Shown one piece after another: positions 8,501-16,433 of a DNA stretch of 20,000 bases. This DNA comes from an uncultured virus (IMG/VR IMGVR_UViG_3300031250_000001) (Duplodnaviria; Heunggongvirae; Uroviricota; Caudoviricetes): the IMG/VR virus record IMGVR_UViG_3300031250_000001. One strand, given 5' to 3'. The notes under the pieces are model-generated. The model saw only the letters and a program-made list of their open reading frames with translations, was not told the DNA's origin and did no database searches. How positions within the stretch are numbered: position 1 is the stretch's first letter; every line of letters starts with the position of its first letter. The translations under genes and the position numbers were made by a program.

Positions 8501-9585
8501 TCGCTGATCTGTTCTCGGATAATCTGCCTGCCGGCATCGACATCGCTGCAATCGCGATGAAGGACTTCACCGAAAAGGGCGGTATCGACCTCGCGCAGTT
8601 CACTGACGATCTGAATCGCGCGAAGGACATCTTCGGCCAGCTCCAGGACGCCGAAGAGCAGGGCCTGAAAACCGGGTTCACTAACGCCTCGGCCGCAATC
8701 GACAAGCGCAATGCGCTCATCGCAACCGGCGGCTCGGTCTCCGACATCATCAAGGCGAACAACGATGCGACCAGTGCACTGCGTGACTCGCTCTCGCAGG
8801 CGGTCTCGGACGGGATGAGCACCGCGATTATCTCCGGGGTGTTCGATGCCGTGAAGGACACCGACGCGTGGAAGGCGCTCACCAACCAGGTCGCGGCGGC
8901 GGTCACCGGCGGCGATGTGAGCAAGATTCCGCAGCTGATCGGCAACGTCGTTGGCGCAGCCATGCCGGTGCTGAACGCGGCGCTGGCCGCGTTTGATCAG
9001 ATCCAGCAGAACGCGTCGGTTACACCGACGGCGCTGTTTAGTGATGCCGATACGCTGCAGCAGAAAGCCAAGGATACGCGCTTCGGCCAGCTGACGCCGG
9101 CACAGCAGCAACAGAGCCTGCGCAACGAACTCGGTGGGATCGATACGCAGATCTCTGCGCTGGAAGCCGGTGGCATCACGCCACAAGAGGCCATCCTTCT
9201 CGAACCGCTTCTGCAGCGCCGCGGCCAGATCGGCTCGCAGTTCATCGACCAGTCGGGGAACTATGCGGCTGGCTCCGCGCAGCAGCAGCAGCTGATCCAG
9301 TTCGGGCTCGCAATTCTCGATAGCACCTCCGACGACTTCCAAAAGTTCGGCATCTCACAGGAGACGGCGCTCGCCTCGAATACGACGTCGCTCGACCGCA
9401 ACACCGATGCACTGAACCGCAACACCGATGCGCATCTGAGCACGCCGAAGGCGCCGATTGCGCTCGTGCACGTCGGGAAAAGTGAAACCTCGGATCAGTT
9501 CGGCACACTGCAGCACCTCCTGACGGCGGGGCTCAAGGACCCGCGGCGCCAGAAGAAGATCAAGGATTTCTCGAGGACGCGCTGA
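5536..9585 (+). CDS. Tail tape measure protein (about 1349 aa; alternative GTG start at 5524)
   Basis: Long Ala/Gly/Gln-rich helical protein. N-terminal REIKLVYRITDDGT and IGETAKAIGLTTTELSSLRLAAQQGG are tape-measure-like, with coiled-coil and Gly-rich hydrophobic segments. It follows the chaperone genes. Confidence 0.92.
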   Translation: MPDREIKLVYRITDDGTIKVLNTVEQSVENIGTKASASSAQAGAAFGSLGGKALALGAAVGVVTGAFAAAEGAAAGIVNKIHELDHIGETAKAIGLTTTELSSLRLAAQQGGVPLETLGRSAAFFARQMVEATDKTSKQGQIFSALGIDVHQGLLPALVQLGQQFDKLPDGPVKTKLAFDLLSRGGLASLNVINGALADQIKLNEQLGATIDEKTAGAIGNAADALDRADLALGAVGETLAARVAPSIAAAADGTTSWATSVTALVKSDLAGWVEDVSGKAQTLLTLLGPLGQGFGNLVGVSGRLLGFAIRVNDGNGPGAGPFASGTPSFPPTENSDDITAAVQRARYNEQLRKLLGDPDKPPSGGNGGAGHLATLTDQSLVGAQQALVTNAQTELTVDQQALDVFQRRVALENTLATTQQQRLTILNENEQQELALAQAIDAAKSRELDAQLAVLEAKKEDHDVVEAASKGLTGQLDLINAQEDSLRAQKDILNTTGGEAAKVADQYARGRAELEAANKVAINLGDTLDSSIGRAVDGLLAGGGAKTIGNAIEGTGTALASSFIGGLAKAELAKGQFDAKVSDNFTVTLPGFMQQGADALVGIWDEAMGLLGLSSDRAGQSIVSTLTSAFSQTSQAAQSSSSNATSYLRNIVGNLLGGSSGGVDSAAQIEGALGSQPVLDSFGNVAGFESSASGIGVGAAGAGGEASAGVGAGAGAGAGLAAGLAGLGAGAVTAYLATNLITGVTGTLAAKQHISLQNQVNSQNLRESSGIWSPAAIGLAVAVPIVGQFYAIIAGLLEAAGIFDVPSKGTQLKIGLTKSLPSSFPRQRDVNIGGQTGVRTQFIEAAPTPEDLAHFRDLGFFDITGQTISRVPIAAQRLLPGIQAGAAANPGVDQLRYGAALGLGAVLARGPAQAPSYANVLTNDLLLSGVSEHQARSELLAVADKNKVTLDSGLNELQRRYLKGKFRDNPSTSDREDIKEFTASVAGLADLFSDNLPAGIDIAAIAMKDFTEKGGIDLAQFTDDLNRAKDIFGQLQDAEEQGLKTGFTNASAAIDKRNALIATGGSVSDIIKANNDATSALRDSLSQAVSDGMSTAIISGVFDAVKDTDAWKALTNQVAAAVTGGDVSKIPQLIGNVVGAAMPVLNAALAAFDQIQQNASVTPTALFSDADTLQQKAKDTRFGQLTPAQQQQSLRNELGGIDTQISALEAGGITPQEAILLEPLLQRRGQIGSQFIDQSGNYAAGSAQQQQLIQFGLAILDSTSDDFQKFGISQETALASNTTSLDRNTDALNRNTDAHLSTPKAPIALVHVGKSETSDQFGTLQHLLTAGLKDPRRQKKIKDFSRTR

Positions 9586-10367
9586 TGGGCCAGTACATCA
9601 CCGCCACCTCGTTTGTGATTCCCACGGTGACCGCGACCTCAGCCTCGTCGTCGTGGCCTGTCTCGAACGTCACGAGCCTCACGCGCCCGCACCGCGTCTA
9701 TAAATCGTCGTCGGCTGCCGGTACGGCGGAGGCGATCGTGCTCGACATGGGCGCAACGCAGGCGCTGCAGGCCCTGATGATCGACCGCTGCAACGTCGCC
9801 ACCGTTGTCATCCAGGGCAACGCGACCAACGTCTGGACCTCGCCGTCCTACGCCGCGACGGTGGCCGTGAATCAGGACACACTCGACGGGCGGCGCAAGC
9901 TCTTTCACAACCTAATCGGCAGCACGTTCGAGTCGGTGGGCTACCGCTACGCGCGTATCCGTCCCAACGGCACGGTGACGCAATACGGCGGCACCGTGTG
10001 GGAAGTGGGTGCCGTCGCGTTGATGGGTACCGCCCGCGTCTGGGGCACGAACATGGGCTTCCCGTATGGGCGCGAGTATCTGCAGGCGTCCGACGAGGGA
10101 CAGCGCATCGGCGGCGGTGTGGAACCGTCGGCGCTCGGCAACCCCGGCTGCCGCATCACGCTGTCGACCAATGCCATGGACGGCACGATGCAGGCGACCA
10201 TCGACGAGCTGATGCGCGCCGGCGACTGGTCGCCGATCGTCTACTACAACAACGGCACGACGACCGCGGAGACCTATCTCTGTCACCGCGTCGGGTCGGT
10301 GCGGGTCGATTTTGCCGGTCCCGGCTATCTACAGGTCGCGGCCCTTGTGCTCGAGGAGTTCATCTAG
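9585..10367 (+). CDS. Putative distal tail (Dit-like) / tail-tip protein
   Basis: 260 aa directly after the tape measure gene (TGATG overlap). The N-terminal half resembles a jelly-roll module (IVLDMG....., GYRYARIR). The assignment is mainly from synteny. Confidence 0.6.
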   Translation: MGQYITATSFVIPTVTATSASSSWPVSNVTSLTRPHRVYKSSSAAGTAEAIVLDMGATQALQALMIDRCNVATVVIQGNATNVWTSPSYAATVAVNQDTLDGRRKLFHNLIGSTFESVGYRYARIRPNGTVTQYGGTVWEVGAVALMGTARVWGTNMGFPYGREYLQASDEGQRIGGGVEPSALGNPGCRITLSTNAMDGTMQATIDELMRAGDWSPIVYYNNGTTTAETYLCHRVGSVRVDFAGPGYLQVAALVLEEFI

Positions 10368-10369
10368 CG

Positions 10370-13300
10370 ATGGCCCGCACCTACGCCAGCGCCTCCTCGC
10401 AGGGCCATACGATCGCGAAATCCTATCTCGCGAACAACGCTGGTCCGTTCACCATCTCGCTCTACTTCGCGCCGGCCAATCTCACCGACACCGTCCGTGG
10501 CGTGCTCGCGGCAGGCACGGGCGTGGGCGCGTACTGGCAGCTCCGCATGGACTCCGGTGTCGTCGTCTTCGAGTCGGCCGGCTACACGGGCACCAACCCC
10601 GGCACCTCGTCGAGCGTCACCTACTCGGCCGCATCGGGCTTGTGGATCGCGTGGCGCTATCTGGGTGCTGGGCTGGAGTGGTCGAAGTGGAAGAGCGGCG
10701 TCAAGACCGTGATCAACTCGTCGATCACATTCGCGCTGCCGAATGTCGGCGCGGAATTCGACATCGCGCACAACTGGTCTGGCGCCTACACCAACGGCAC
10801 CTACGCCGAGATGGCGATCTGGCAGACCGCACTCTCTGACGATCAGCTGCAGGACATCGCCGCCGGCGTCGCGGCCGATCAGGTGTGCCCGGCGGGGCTT
10901 CTCGCCTACTGGCCGCTCCGGGGCAACTCCAACCCGGAAATGAATTATGTTGTGCCGCTGGACGTGTTGACGCCGGTCAATAGCTCGACCACGGCCACGC
11001 ATCCGATCATCGTTCCGCCGCGCTACGCCGACAAGGCTGAGCCGGCGTTTGTGGTCGACATCAATGGCGGCGCGGTCACTGGAGCGACGACCGATCTCTA
11101 CACGGAGAAGGATACCGATATACTGGGCGGCGCCTACGTAAAGCGCATCGGTGGCGATATCACGCTGCTTGATGAGCTACCCGACGGCGGCGCCGGCGTG
11201 ATGATCCCGTCCAATACGGTGATCACCTTCCGCAACGACGACGACACGTTCTCGGTACTGACCGAATACCGCCAGGTGCCGATCAAGATTCGCTACTATG
11301 ACCGCGTGAGCCACGCACTCACTACCGAATTCACTGGCGTCGTCGCGGACGTCAACATCTCCAACAACGAGGCGGTGTTTACCTGCAGCTCGATGGACGA
11401 GTCGGTACTGGATACACTCATACCGCGACAGGTGATCGAGCCGGCCGCGATCAGTAGCGGCATACTGGATGACATCGACGGCACCACCGTCCGCCACGAT
11501 GTCGGAGCGCCGATTCCGAAGGCGTTCGGGGTCGGCGGGCACATGATGCCGCCGTACATCGGGCAGAGCGGGACGGTCGTGACGGCGCAAAATCTCATCG
11601 TCAATCATGGCACCGCCTGTACATTGGAACGCGCGTGGGGCAACACCGATCCGAATTCCCCCGGCCTTGAGTTGCTCACGCTATGGGGCACGTGTGTCGG
11701 TACGCCGACCTACCGTTCGACCAACTCGTTTACGGTGAACAGCTTCGGGCTCGGTGTTCTCTACGACATCGGGATGCCGGTCCGGCGGATCTATGCCGGG
11801 GGAACGGTCTTTTCGGATATTGCGAGCACCAACTTCGGCACCGCCGGCGGCGGAACCGTCACCCTGACCGACCCTATTCTCGGGACGCCGATTGGGACCG
11901 TCTATCTTGCCGGCGACTACACGGTGGACCGCAATCGCTACAAGTACGTCGGCACCGGTGGCACGACGTTCCTCACGACGATGCGCATGCCGGCGTCGGT
12001 AGACTCCGCGATCGTCTGTCGTGTCAATGAGCCCACCTACGGCAACCCGCTAACCGCGATCTACTGGCTCCTCACCGACCCCGACCTCGGACTGAACGCC
12101 AGCGCTGACGCTACCTCGTTCTTCACCACCGCCGTTGCCGTCTCGGTCACCGGCATGGGCTCGGCGGTCTCCGGCGTGCTCGGCGGCGATCAGCAGCAGC
12201 GGCGCGCGATCGACGTCATCAACGAACTTGCACAAATGCGCGGCATCCGCATCTGGAAAGACGCCGACGACGACAGCTGGCACGCGACCGCTGACGCGAT
12301 TCCCGCCGCGTCGACAGTCACCCTCAGCTACGGCCCTGACAGCGGCACGAACCCCTCGCCAAACAATGTGCGGCGCATCGTATCGGTCACCACCACGCCG
12401 CTGTCCGACGCGGTGTCGGTGCTGAAGCTCCGCTACGGCAAGGGCTGGGTAGACCGTGGCACCAAGCCGCTTTTGACCACCGACTACAACTACACCGCGA
12501 CTATGACCGTGCTCGGCGTCGGCGCCGAGAAGGTCATCACCACGCCGTGGATCAACGATCACAGCGCGGCCGCGCGGATGCTCTACTACATCGGTAAGCG
12601 GCTGCAGCGCGAAGACTTCAAGGTCGTCATTGAGATGGGCAACGAGGCGCGGCGCCTGGCGCTCGGGCAACTCGTCACCGTGGATTTCCAGATCTCGCCG
12701 ACGGTCCGCATCACCACCGATATGCGCATCACCGCCCGCCAGCGCACGCTGACGAGCTTCACGCTCACGCTCGTCGGCTACAACGACGACATCTTCGAGA
12801 CCAACCTCGCCACCATCGTCGCGTCGGTGAATCAGCCCGCCGGCGACATCAACCCCGACGAGCGCGGCACGCAGCCGGGGAATGACGCGAATTTGATCCG
12901 CAACGCCGATTGGACTGCCGGCCTGACGAAATCGACATGGAATAACACCGACGAGGACGTGCTGCCCGACTGGACGCTCTTTCTCGGCGCGCACGTTACT
13001 GGACTGCGCACGGCTACCGAGCAGCTGTGCAAGGGCGGCGCATACCTGGAGTTCATCACGGCAACCGATGCCCCGGACCACCCGCCATATATCTCAACCG
13101 AGGATAGCAGCAATACGCTGAATGCTATCAGCGTGCGGTCGGGCGCGAACTATATTCTGTCCGTATATGTGAGCCGGCCGGACGCCTGGCGTTTCGCGAT
13201 CCGGTGGGAGCCTTCGGAGGTCACGCAGTATCCGCAAATCAAAGTCAATCCAGGTGACGTGAACGGACTTGGCTATCAACGATATTATGCCGTGATCACC

Positions 13301-13879
13301 GCGCCGCCGAACACATCGCGGATCATCGTCGCCCTGCAGATGACCGGGAGCACCAGTGCGGAAACCTTCCGATTCGATGCCGTCCAACTCGAGGAACTCA
13401 CCCGCATTACGCTGCGGCCGTCGCCGTGGAAGCGCAACGCCGCCTACGGCATTCATCCCGACCGGATCACGCCAGGCGACTTCACGGTGCGCGCAAGCGG
13501 TAAACTGGAGCTCGGCACGAAGATCGCGGTGTCGGGCACGGTACCCGTCGCGCTCTCTGGGTCCTCGACGGTGACCATCGGCACTGCGCCCGTCGGAATG
13601 ATTACGGCGATCACGGGCCGGAAAACCGCGACCGTCGCCGGCGTGACGAATTGGAAACTCGCGCTCAATCACGGCGGCGGAACCATCACCCCGATCGGCA
13701 CAGCGATCAGTACGTCGACCGGGACGTTCACCACCGACACGATGGCCGGCGCGGTCCTGAGTTTCCCGATCTCGATGGGCTCCGCGACGCCGATTGTGGC
13801 CATCGGTACGGCGGCGTTTACCGGCGGCAGTGTGTACGCGGCGGCGCACAGTATTCAGCACGTGGTGCCGGAGGCATAG
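10370..13879 (+). CDS. Large tail-tip/baseplate hub protein (1169 aa): N-terminal LamG/ConA-like domain, hub region, CBM-like domain, C-terminal beta domain
   Basis: The likely start is ATG 10370 after GAGGAG; the track start at 9998 overlaps the Dit-like gene. FTISLYF...NGTYAEMAIWQTALSDDQL...LLAYWPL is LamG-like. FTGVV.DV, GAPIPKAFG, NPLTAIYWLLTD and LALGQLVTV are hub/Tal-like. NLIRNADW...FDAVQLEE...PSPW is CBM-like. Confidence 0.8.
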   Translation: MARTYASASSQGHTIAKSYLANNAGPFTISLYFAPANLTDTVRGVLAAGTGVGAYWQLRMDSGVVVFESAGYTGTNPGTSSSVTYSAASGLWIAWRYLGAGLEWSKWKSGVKTVINSSITFALPNVGAEFDIAHNWSGAYTNGTYAEMAIWQTALSDDQLQDIAAGVAADQVCPAGLLAYWPLRGNSNPEMNYVVPLDVLTPVNSSTTATHPIIVPPRYADKAEPAFVVDINGGAVTGATTDLYTEKDTDILGGAYVKRIGGDITLLDELPDGGAGVMIPSNTVITFRNDDDTFSVLTEYRQVPIKIRYYDRVSHALTTEFTGVVADVNISNNEAVFTCSSMDESVLDTLIPRQVIEPAAISSGILDDIDGTTVRHDVGAPIPKAFGVGGHMMPPYIGQSGTVVTAQNLIVNHGTACTLERAWGNTDPNSPGLELLTLWGTCVGTPTYRSTNSFTVNSFGLGVLYDIGMPVRRIYAGGTVFSDIASTNFGTAGGGTVTLTDPILGTPIGTVYLAGDYTVDRNRYKYVGTGGTTFLTTMRMPASVDSAIVCRVNEPTYGNPLTAIYWLLTDPDLGLNASADATSFFTTAVAVSVTGMGSAVSGVLGGDQQQRRAIDVINELAQMRGIRIWKDADDDSWHATADAIPAASTVTLSYGPDSGTNPSPNNVRRIVSVTTTPLSDAVSVLKLRYGKGWVDRGTKPLLTTDYNYTATMTVLGVGAEKVITTPWINDHSAAARMLYYIGKRLQREDFKVVIEMGNEARRLALGQLVTVDFQISPTVRITTDMRITARQRTLTSFTLTLVGYNDDIFETNLATIVASVNQPAGDINPDERGTQPGNDANLIRNADWTAGLTKSTWNNTDEDVLPDWTLFLGAHVTGLRTATEQLCKGGAYLEFITATDAPDHPPYISTEDSSNTLNAISVRSGANYILSVYVSRPDAWRFAIRWEPSEVTQYPQIKVNPGDVNGLGYQRYYAVITAPPNTSRIIVALQMTGSTSAETFRFDAVQLEELTRITLRPSPWKRNAAYGIHPDRITPGDFTVRASGKLELGTKIAVSGTVPVALSGSSTVTIGTAPVGMITAITGRKTATVAGVTNWKLALNHGGGTITPIGTAISTSTGTFTTDTMAGAVLSFPISMGSATPIVAIGTAAFTGGSVYAAAHSIQHVVPEA

Positions 13880-15721
13880 ATGCGCTGGTGTGTGATTCTC
13901 CTATGGCTCGTGGGCGGATCGGCGCTTGCGCAAACGACGCTGGTCGAGCGGCTGCCCGGCGGCAAGCCTACCTTCGTGCAGCAGCCAACCGCATGGACCG
14001 CGAACGACCTGGCATGTGTCACCTCAGCCAACGAAATCAGCATCGGCGGCGCCTGCAATGCGCTCGGCGGCGGCGGTGGCGGCGCACCGACCTCCTCGCA
14101 ATACCTCACGCTTGCCACCGACGGCACGCTGACCAACGAGCGCGTGTTCACACCCGGCGCAGGCATTGCGGGCGCGGACGGCGGCGCTGGCGGCACCTAT
14201 ACGCTCACGTGGTCGCCCTCGACACAGGTGAACAACCTGACCGTGTTCAACGGCGCCAATAGCTCGCGCACGATCACCTACGACTTGTCGGGGACCGATC
14301 CCGTTGTCACGCTGAGTTCGAGTTCGTTCGATGTCAGCACGGGGACGCTGAAGCAGGGCGGCACCGCCGTCGCGCTGCAGTCGCGCTCGCTCACTGCCGG
14401 CGCGGGGCTCTCGGGCGGCGGCGATCTCTCGGCCGACCGCACCTTCGCGACCGACTCGACTGAGGCCGGGTTTGTGGCGAGCAGTACGGCGAGCTGCGGC
14501 GCGAGCACGGCCGGCAAGATGGGGGTTGCAAGCGGACTCCTCAGCTACTGCGGGAGCGACAACCTGCAGCATTTCGCGGCATACGGCGACTCGAGTGGGG
14601 GGGCGACTAGCCTGACCGCTTCGACGCTCTGCACGGTCGCCACCGATGGCGCCCCCTGCTGGGACAGCGACGACGATCTCTTGGAGGTTGGTACCGGATC
14701 GGTCCTCAAGACCATGGTCGATACGAATTCGACCCAGACCGCGAGCAACAAGACGCTCACCAGCGCCGGCACCATCGCCGTCGGCACCGGTGCGGCGCCG
14801 AAGAGTTCGGTCGGCATGGCCAAGATCGCGGTAGACGGCACCAACGCCTCTACTGCCGGCCCGCACCTGCAATTCACCACCGCCTCCGATAACAACCCGC
14901 TCTTTTCCGTCTACCCGCTGACGCACGGCGAGAACCTGCTCCTGTGGGACGCCTATAGCGACGACGCCGGCACGACCTGGAAAAGCAGCAACTCAACCAG
15001 CAACTGGATGCTGGGCACGATCTTCGGCAGCTACTTCCTCTTCTACAACACGGGCACCACCGCCGGCTCGGCGATCACCTGGAAACAGGCGATGTCGGCG
15101 ACCGGCTCGGCGATCACCTTCAACGCCGACTCCTCGAACTACGACACGATCGTCAACGGCGACACGATCGCTGGACTGGTCACCGTCGACGCCAGCGCCG
15201 ACTCGGTTGGCATTGGCGGTATCACCACGCCGAGCGCCCGGCTGCATCTGCGCGAACCGACCAGTGGCAACGAAGCATTCAGGATCGACACCGCCGCCTC
15301 CGCGACCACCGACAAGCCGCGGATGAGCGTCTACCAGAAAGACGTCACCACCACCGACGCAACGACGACGACGCTGTTCAATACGACGCTGGCGACCAAT
15401 ACGACCTATCTCGTCAAAGCGTTCATCACTGCCCGGCGCACGGGCGGCGCCTCTGGATCGTCGAACGACTCGGGCACCTACGAGCTGTGGTGCCGCGGTC
15501 GTCGTGGTGGCGCCGGCGCGGTCGTAGACGGCACGGCGACCTGTCCGTGGGGGGCAACCGGCTGCGCCAACCCGGTGGTGATGTTCCAGGTCGAAGACCA
15601 AACCGCCTGGGCGGTGACGTGCGATGCGAGCAGCAACGACGTGCGCATCCGCGTGACCGGGGCTTCGGCAAACAACGTCAGCTGGGGCGGGACGATTGAA
15701 GTCTTCCCGATGGGTTCGTGA
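13880..15721 (+). CDS. Tail-fibre-like protein with apparent N-terminal Sec signal peptide (613 aa)
   Basis: GGAGG lies 5 nt before the ATG. The N-terminus is MRWCVILLWLVGGSALA|Q. Fibre-type motifs include YLTLATDGTLTNERVFTPGAGI, LTAGAGLSGGGDLSADRTF, QTASNKTLTS, VGIGGITTPSARLHL and TTTDATTTTLF. Confidence 0.75.
   Translation: MRWCVILLWLVGGSALAQTTLVERLPGGKPTFVQQPTAWTANDLACVTSANEISIGGACNALGGGGGGAPTSSQYLTLATDGTLTNERVFTPGAGIAGADGGAGGTYTLTWSPSTQVNNLTVFNGANSSRTITYDLSGTDPVVTLSSSSFDVSTGTLKQGGTAVALQSRSLTAGAGLSGGGDLSADRTFATDSTEAGFVASSTASCGASTAGKMGVASGLLSYCGSDNLQHFAAYGDSSGGATSLTASTLCTVATDGAPCWDSDDDLLEVGTGSVLKTMVDTNSTQTASNKTLTSAGTIAVGTGAAPKSSVGMAKIAVDGTNASTAGPHLQFTTASDNNPLFSVYPLTHGENLLLWDAYSDDAGTTWKSSNSTSNWMLGTIFGSYFLFYNTGTTAGSAITWKQAMSATGSAITFNADSSNYDTIVNGDTIAGLVTVDASADSVGIGGITTPSARLHLREPTSGNEAFRIDTAASATTDKPRMSVYQKDVTTTDATTTTLFNTTLATNTTYLVKAFITARRTGGASGSSNDSGTYELWCRGRRGGAGAVVDGTATCPWGATGCANPVVMFQVEDQTAWAVTCDASSNDVRIRVTGASANNVSWGGTIEVFPMGS
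15063..15119 (+). repeat. 18-bp exact direct repeat CCGGCTCGGCGATCACCT (15063-15080, 15102-15119) encoding GSAIT twice
   Basis: Read directly from the sequence. Confidence 0.85.
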
Positions 15722-15888
15722 TGTACGTCCCCCCGGGCCCCGACACCATCGCCACGATCAACGCCGACGTGCGCGCGTGGCTCGATGCACACGGCCGCTA
15801 CGCCTGGGCGCGCATGCTGCAGGAAATCGACCTGCGCGGCATGACACGCGACGACGCCGCGCGGGTGTTGCGTGGAGTGCAGCCATGA
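15721..15888 (+). CDS. Small hypothetical protein (55 aa, MYVPPGPDTIATINADVRAWLDAHGRYAWARMLQEIDLRGMTRDDAARVLRGVQP), not in ORF track
   Basis: The ATG overlaps the fibre TGA (TGATG), and its own TGA overlaps the next ATG (ATGA). It fills the gap exactly. Confidence 0.6.
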   Translation: MYVPPGPDTIATINADVRAWLDAHGRYAWARMLQEIDLRGMTRDDAARVLRGVQP

Positions 15889-16013
15889 GACGCGCTGTCG
15901 CCTTCGCCGCCGACGTCTTCTGGACGCTCTTGGCGCTGTCGCTCTTCTACGCGCCGCGCGCCGGCGTCGAGCTCTGGGCCAACATCATGGACCGATGGAA
16001 TGGGGAGGGGTGA
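15885..16013 (+). CDS. Small hydrophobic protein (42 aa, MRRAVAFAADVFWTLLALSLFYAPRAG...)
   Basis: GGAG upstream, ATGA coupling, one hydrophobic segment. It is the C-terminal part of track ORF 15696..16013. Confidence 0.5.
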   Translation: MRRAVAFAADVFWTLLALSLFYAPRAGVELWANIMDRWNGEG

Positions 16014-16018
16014 GGGAG

Positions 16019-16414
16019 ATGGATTACGCGAAGTTTGCCGAGCTGGCGATCAACGGGCCAAATGCGATCGTCTTCACGGCGTTGAATGTACTCGCGCTCT
16101 TTGCGATGCGCGTGGCGGGCCTCTCGCAGGTGCGCGTCCTCACCGTCGTCGCCATTTGCGGCGCGATTGTCGGCGCGGCCAACGGGCTGATCGTTGGCCT
16201 GGCGACCGAGGGCATCTCGGTCCCGGTCCTCTACTACAACACGTTCATCGGTGCCCCGGTTGGAGCGGCACTCGCGTTGGTCGGCGCGGCATTGATTTCC
16301 AAGGTGCCTGAATACCTCGATCTCTGGCCGGTCTCGCCGGAGAAGAAGCAGGCGGAAGCCATCCGCGATCCGATGAATCCGGCCGCGCCGCCGGCAACCT
16401 CGACGAAGCCCTAA
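16019..16414 (+). CDS. Membrane protein with about 3 TM segments, holin candidate (alternative GTG start at 16010)
   Basis: MDYAKFAEL... has three hydrophobic stretches and a charged/Pro-rich C-tail. Strong G/A-rich RBS; located upstream of the endolysin. Confidence 0.6.
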   Translation: MDYAKFAELAINGPNAIVFTALNVLALFAMRVAGLSQVRVLTVVAICGAIVGAANGLIVGLATEGISVPVLYYNTFIGAPVGAALALVGAALISKVPEYLDLWPVSPEKKQAEAIRDPMNPAAPPATSTKP

Positions 16415-16433
16415 CCGAGAGCAGGGCACCCGA

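Noticed and set aside
5527..9342. Long minus-strand ORFs (465 aa at 5527..6924, 593 aa at 7561..9342) and similar ones opposite the tail genes
   Set aside because: These are shadow ORFs typical of high-GC coding DNA. They fully overlap well-supported plus-strand genes and show no recognisable motifs.
9395..9431. Short tandem repeat ACCGCAACACCGATGC (LDRNTDA/LNRNTDA) near the tape measure C-terminus
   Set aside because: An ordinary heptad-type coding repeat in a tape measure protein; not a CRISPR array or regulatory repeat.
9998..10369. N-terminal extension of the tail-tip ORF in the track (likewise track starts at 44, 15696, 15872, 17209, 17553, 17884 and 19209)
   Set aside because: Each overlaps the upstream gene in another frame. 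Downstream starts have an RBS or stop/start coupling.
13880..15900. Possible diversity-generating retroelement target or invertible tail-fibre cassette
   Set aside because: No reverse transcriptase, template/variable repeat pair, invertase or flanking inverted repeats were seen in the window.
1..16000. Gene transfer agent or contractile injection system instead of a phage
   Set aside because: No sheath or baseplate wedge genes are seen. The long tape measure protein, moron, lysis genes and accessory enzymes fit a genuine siphovirus-like genome.
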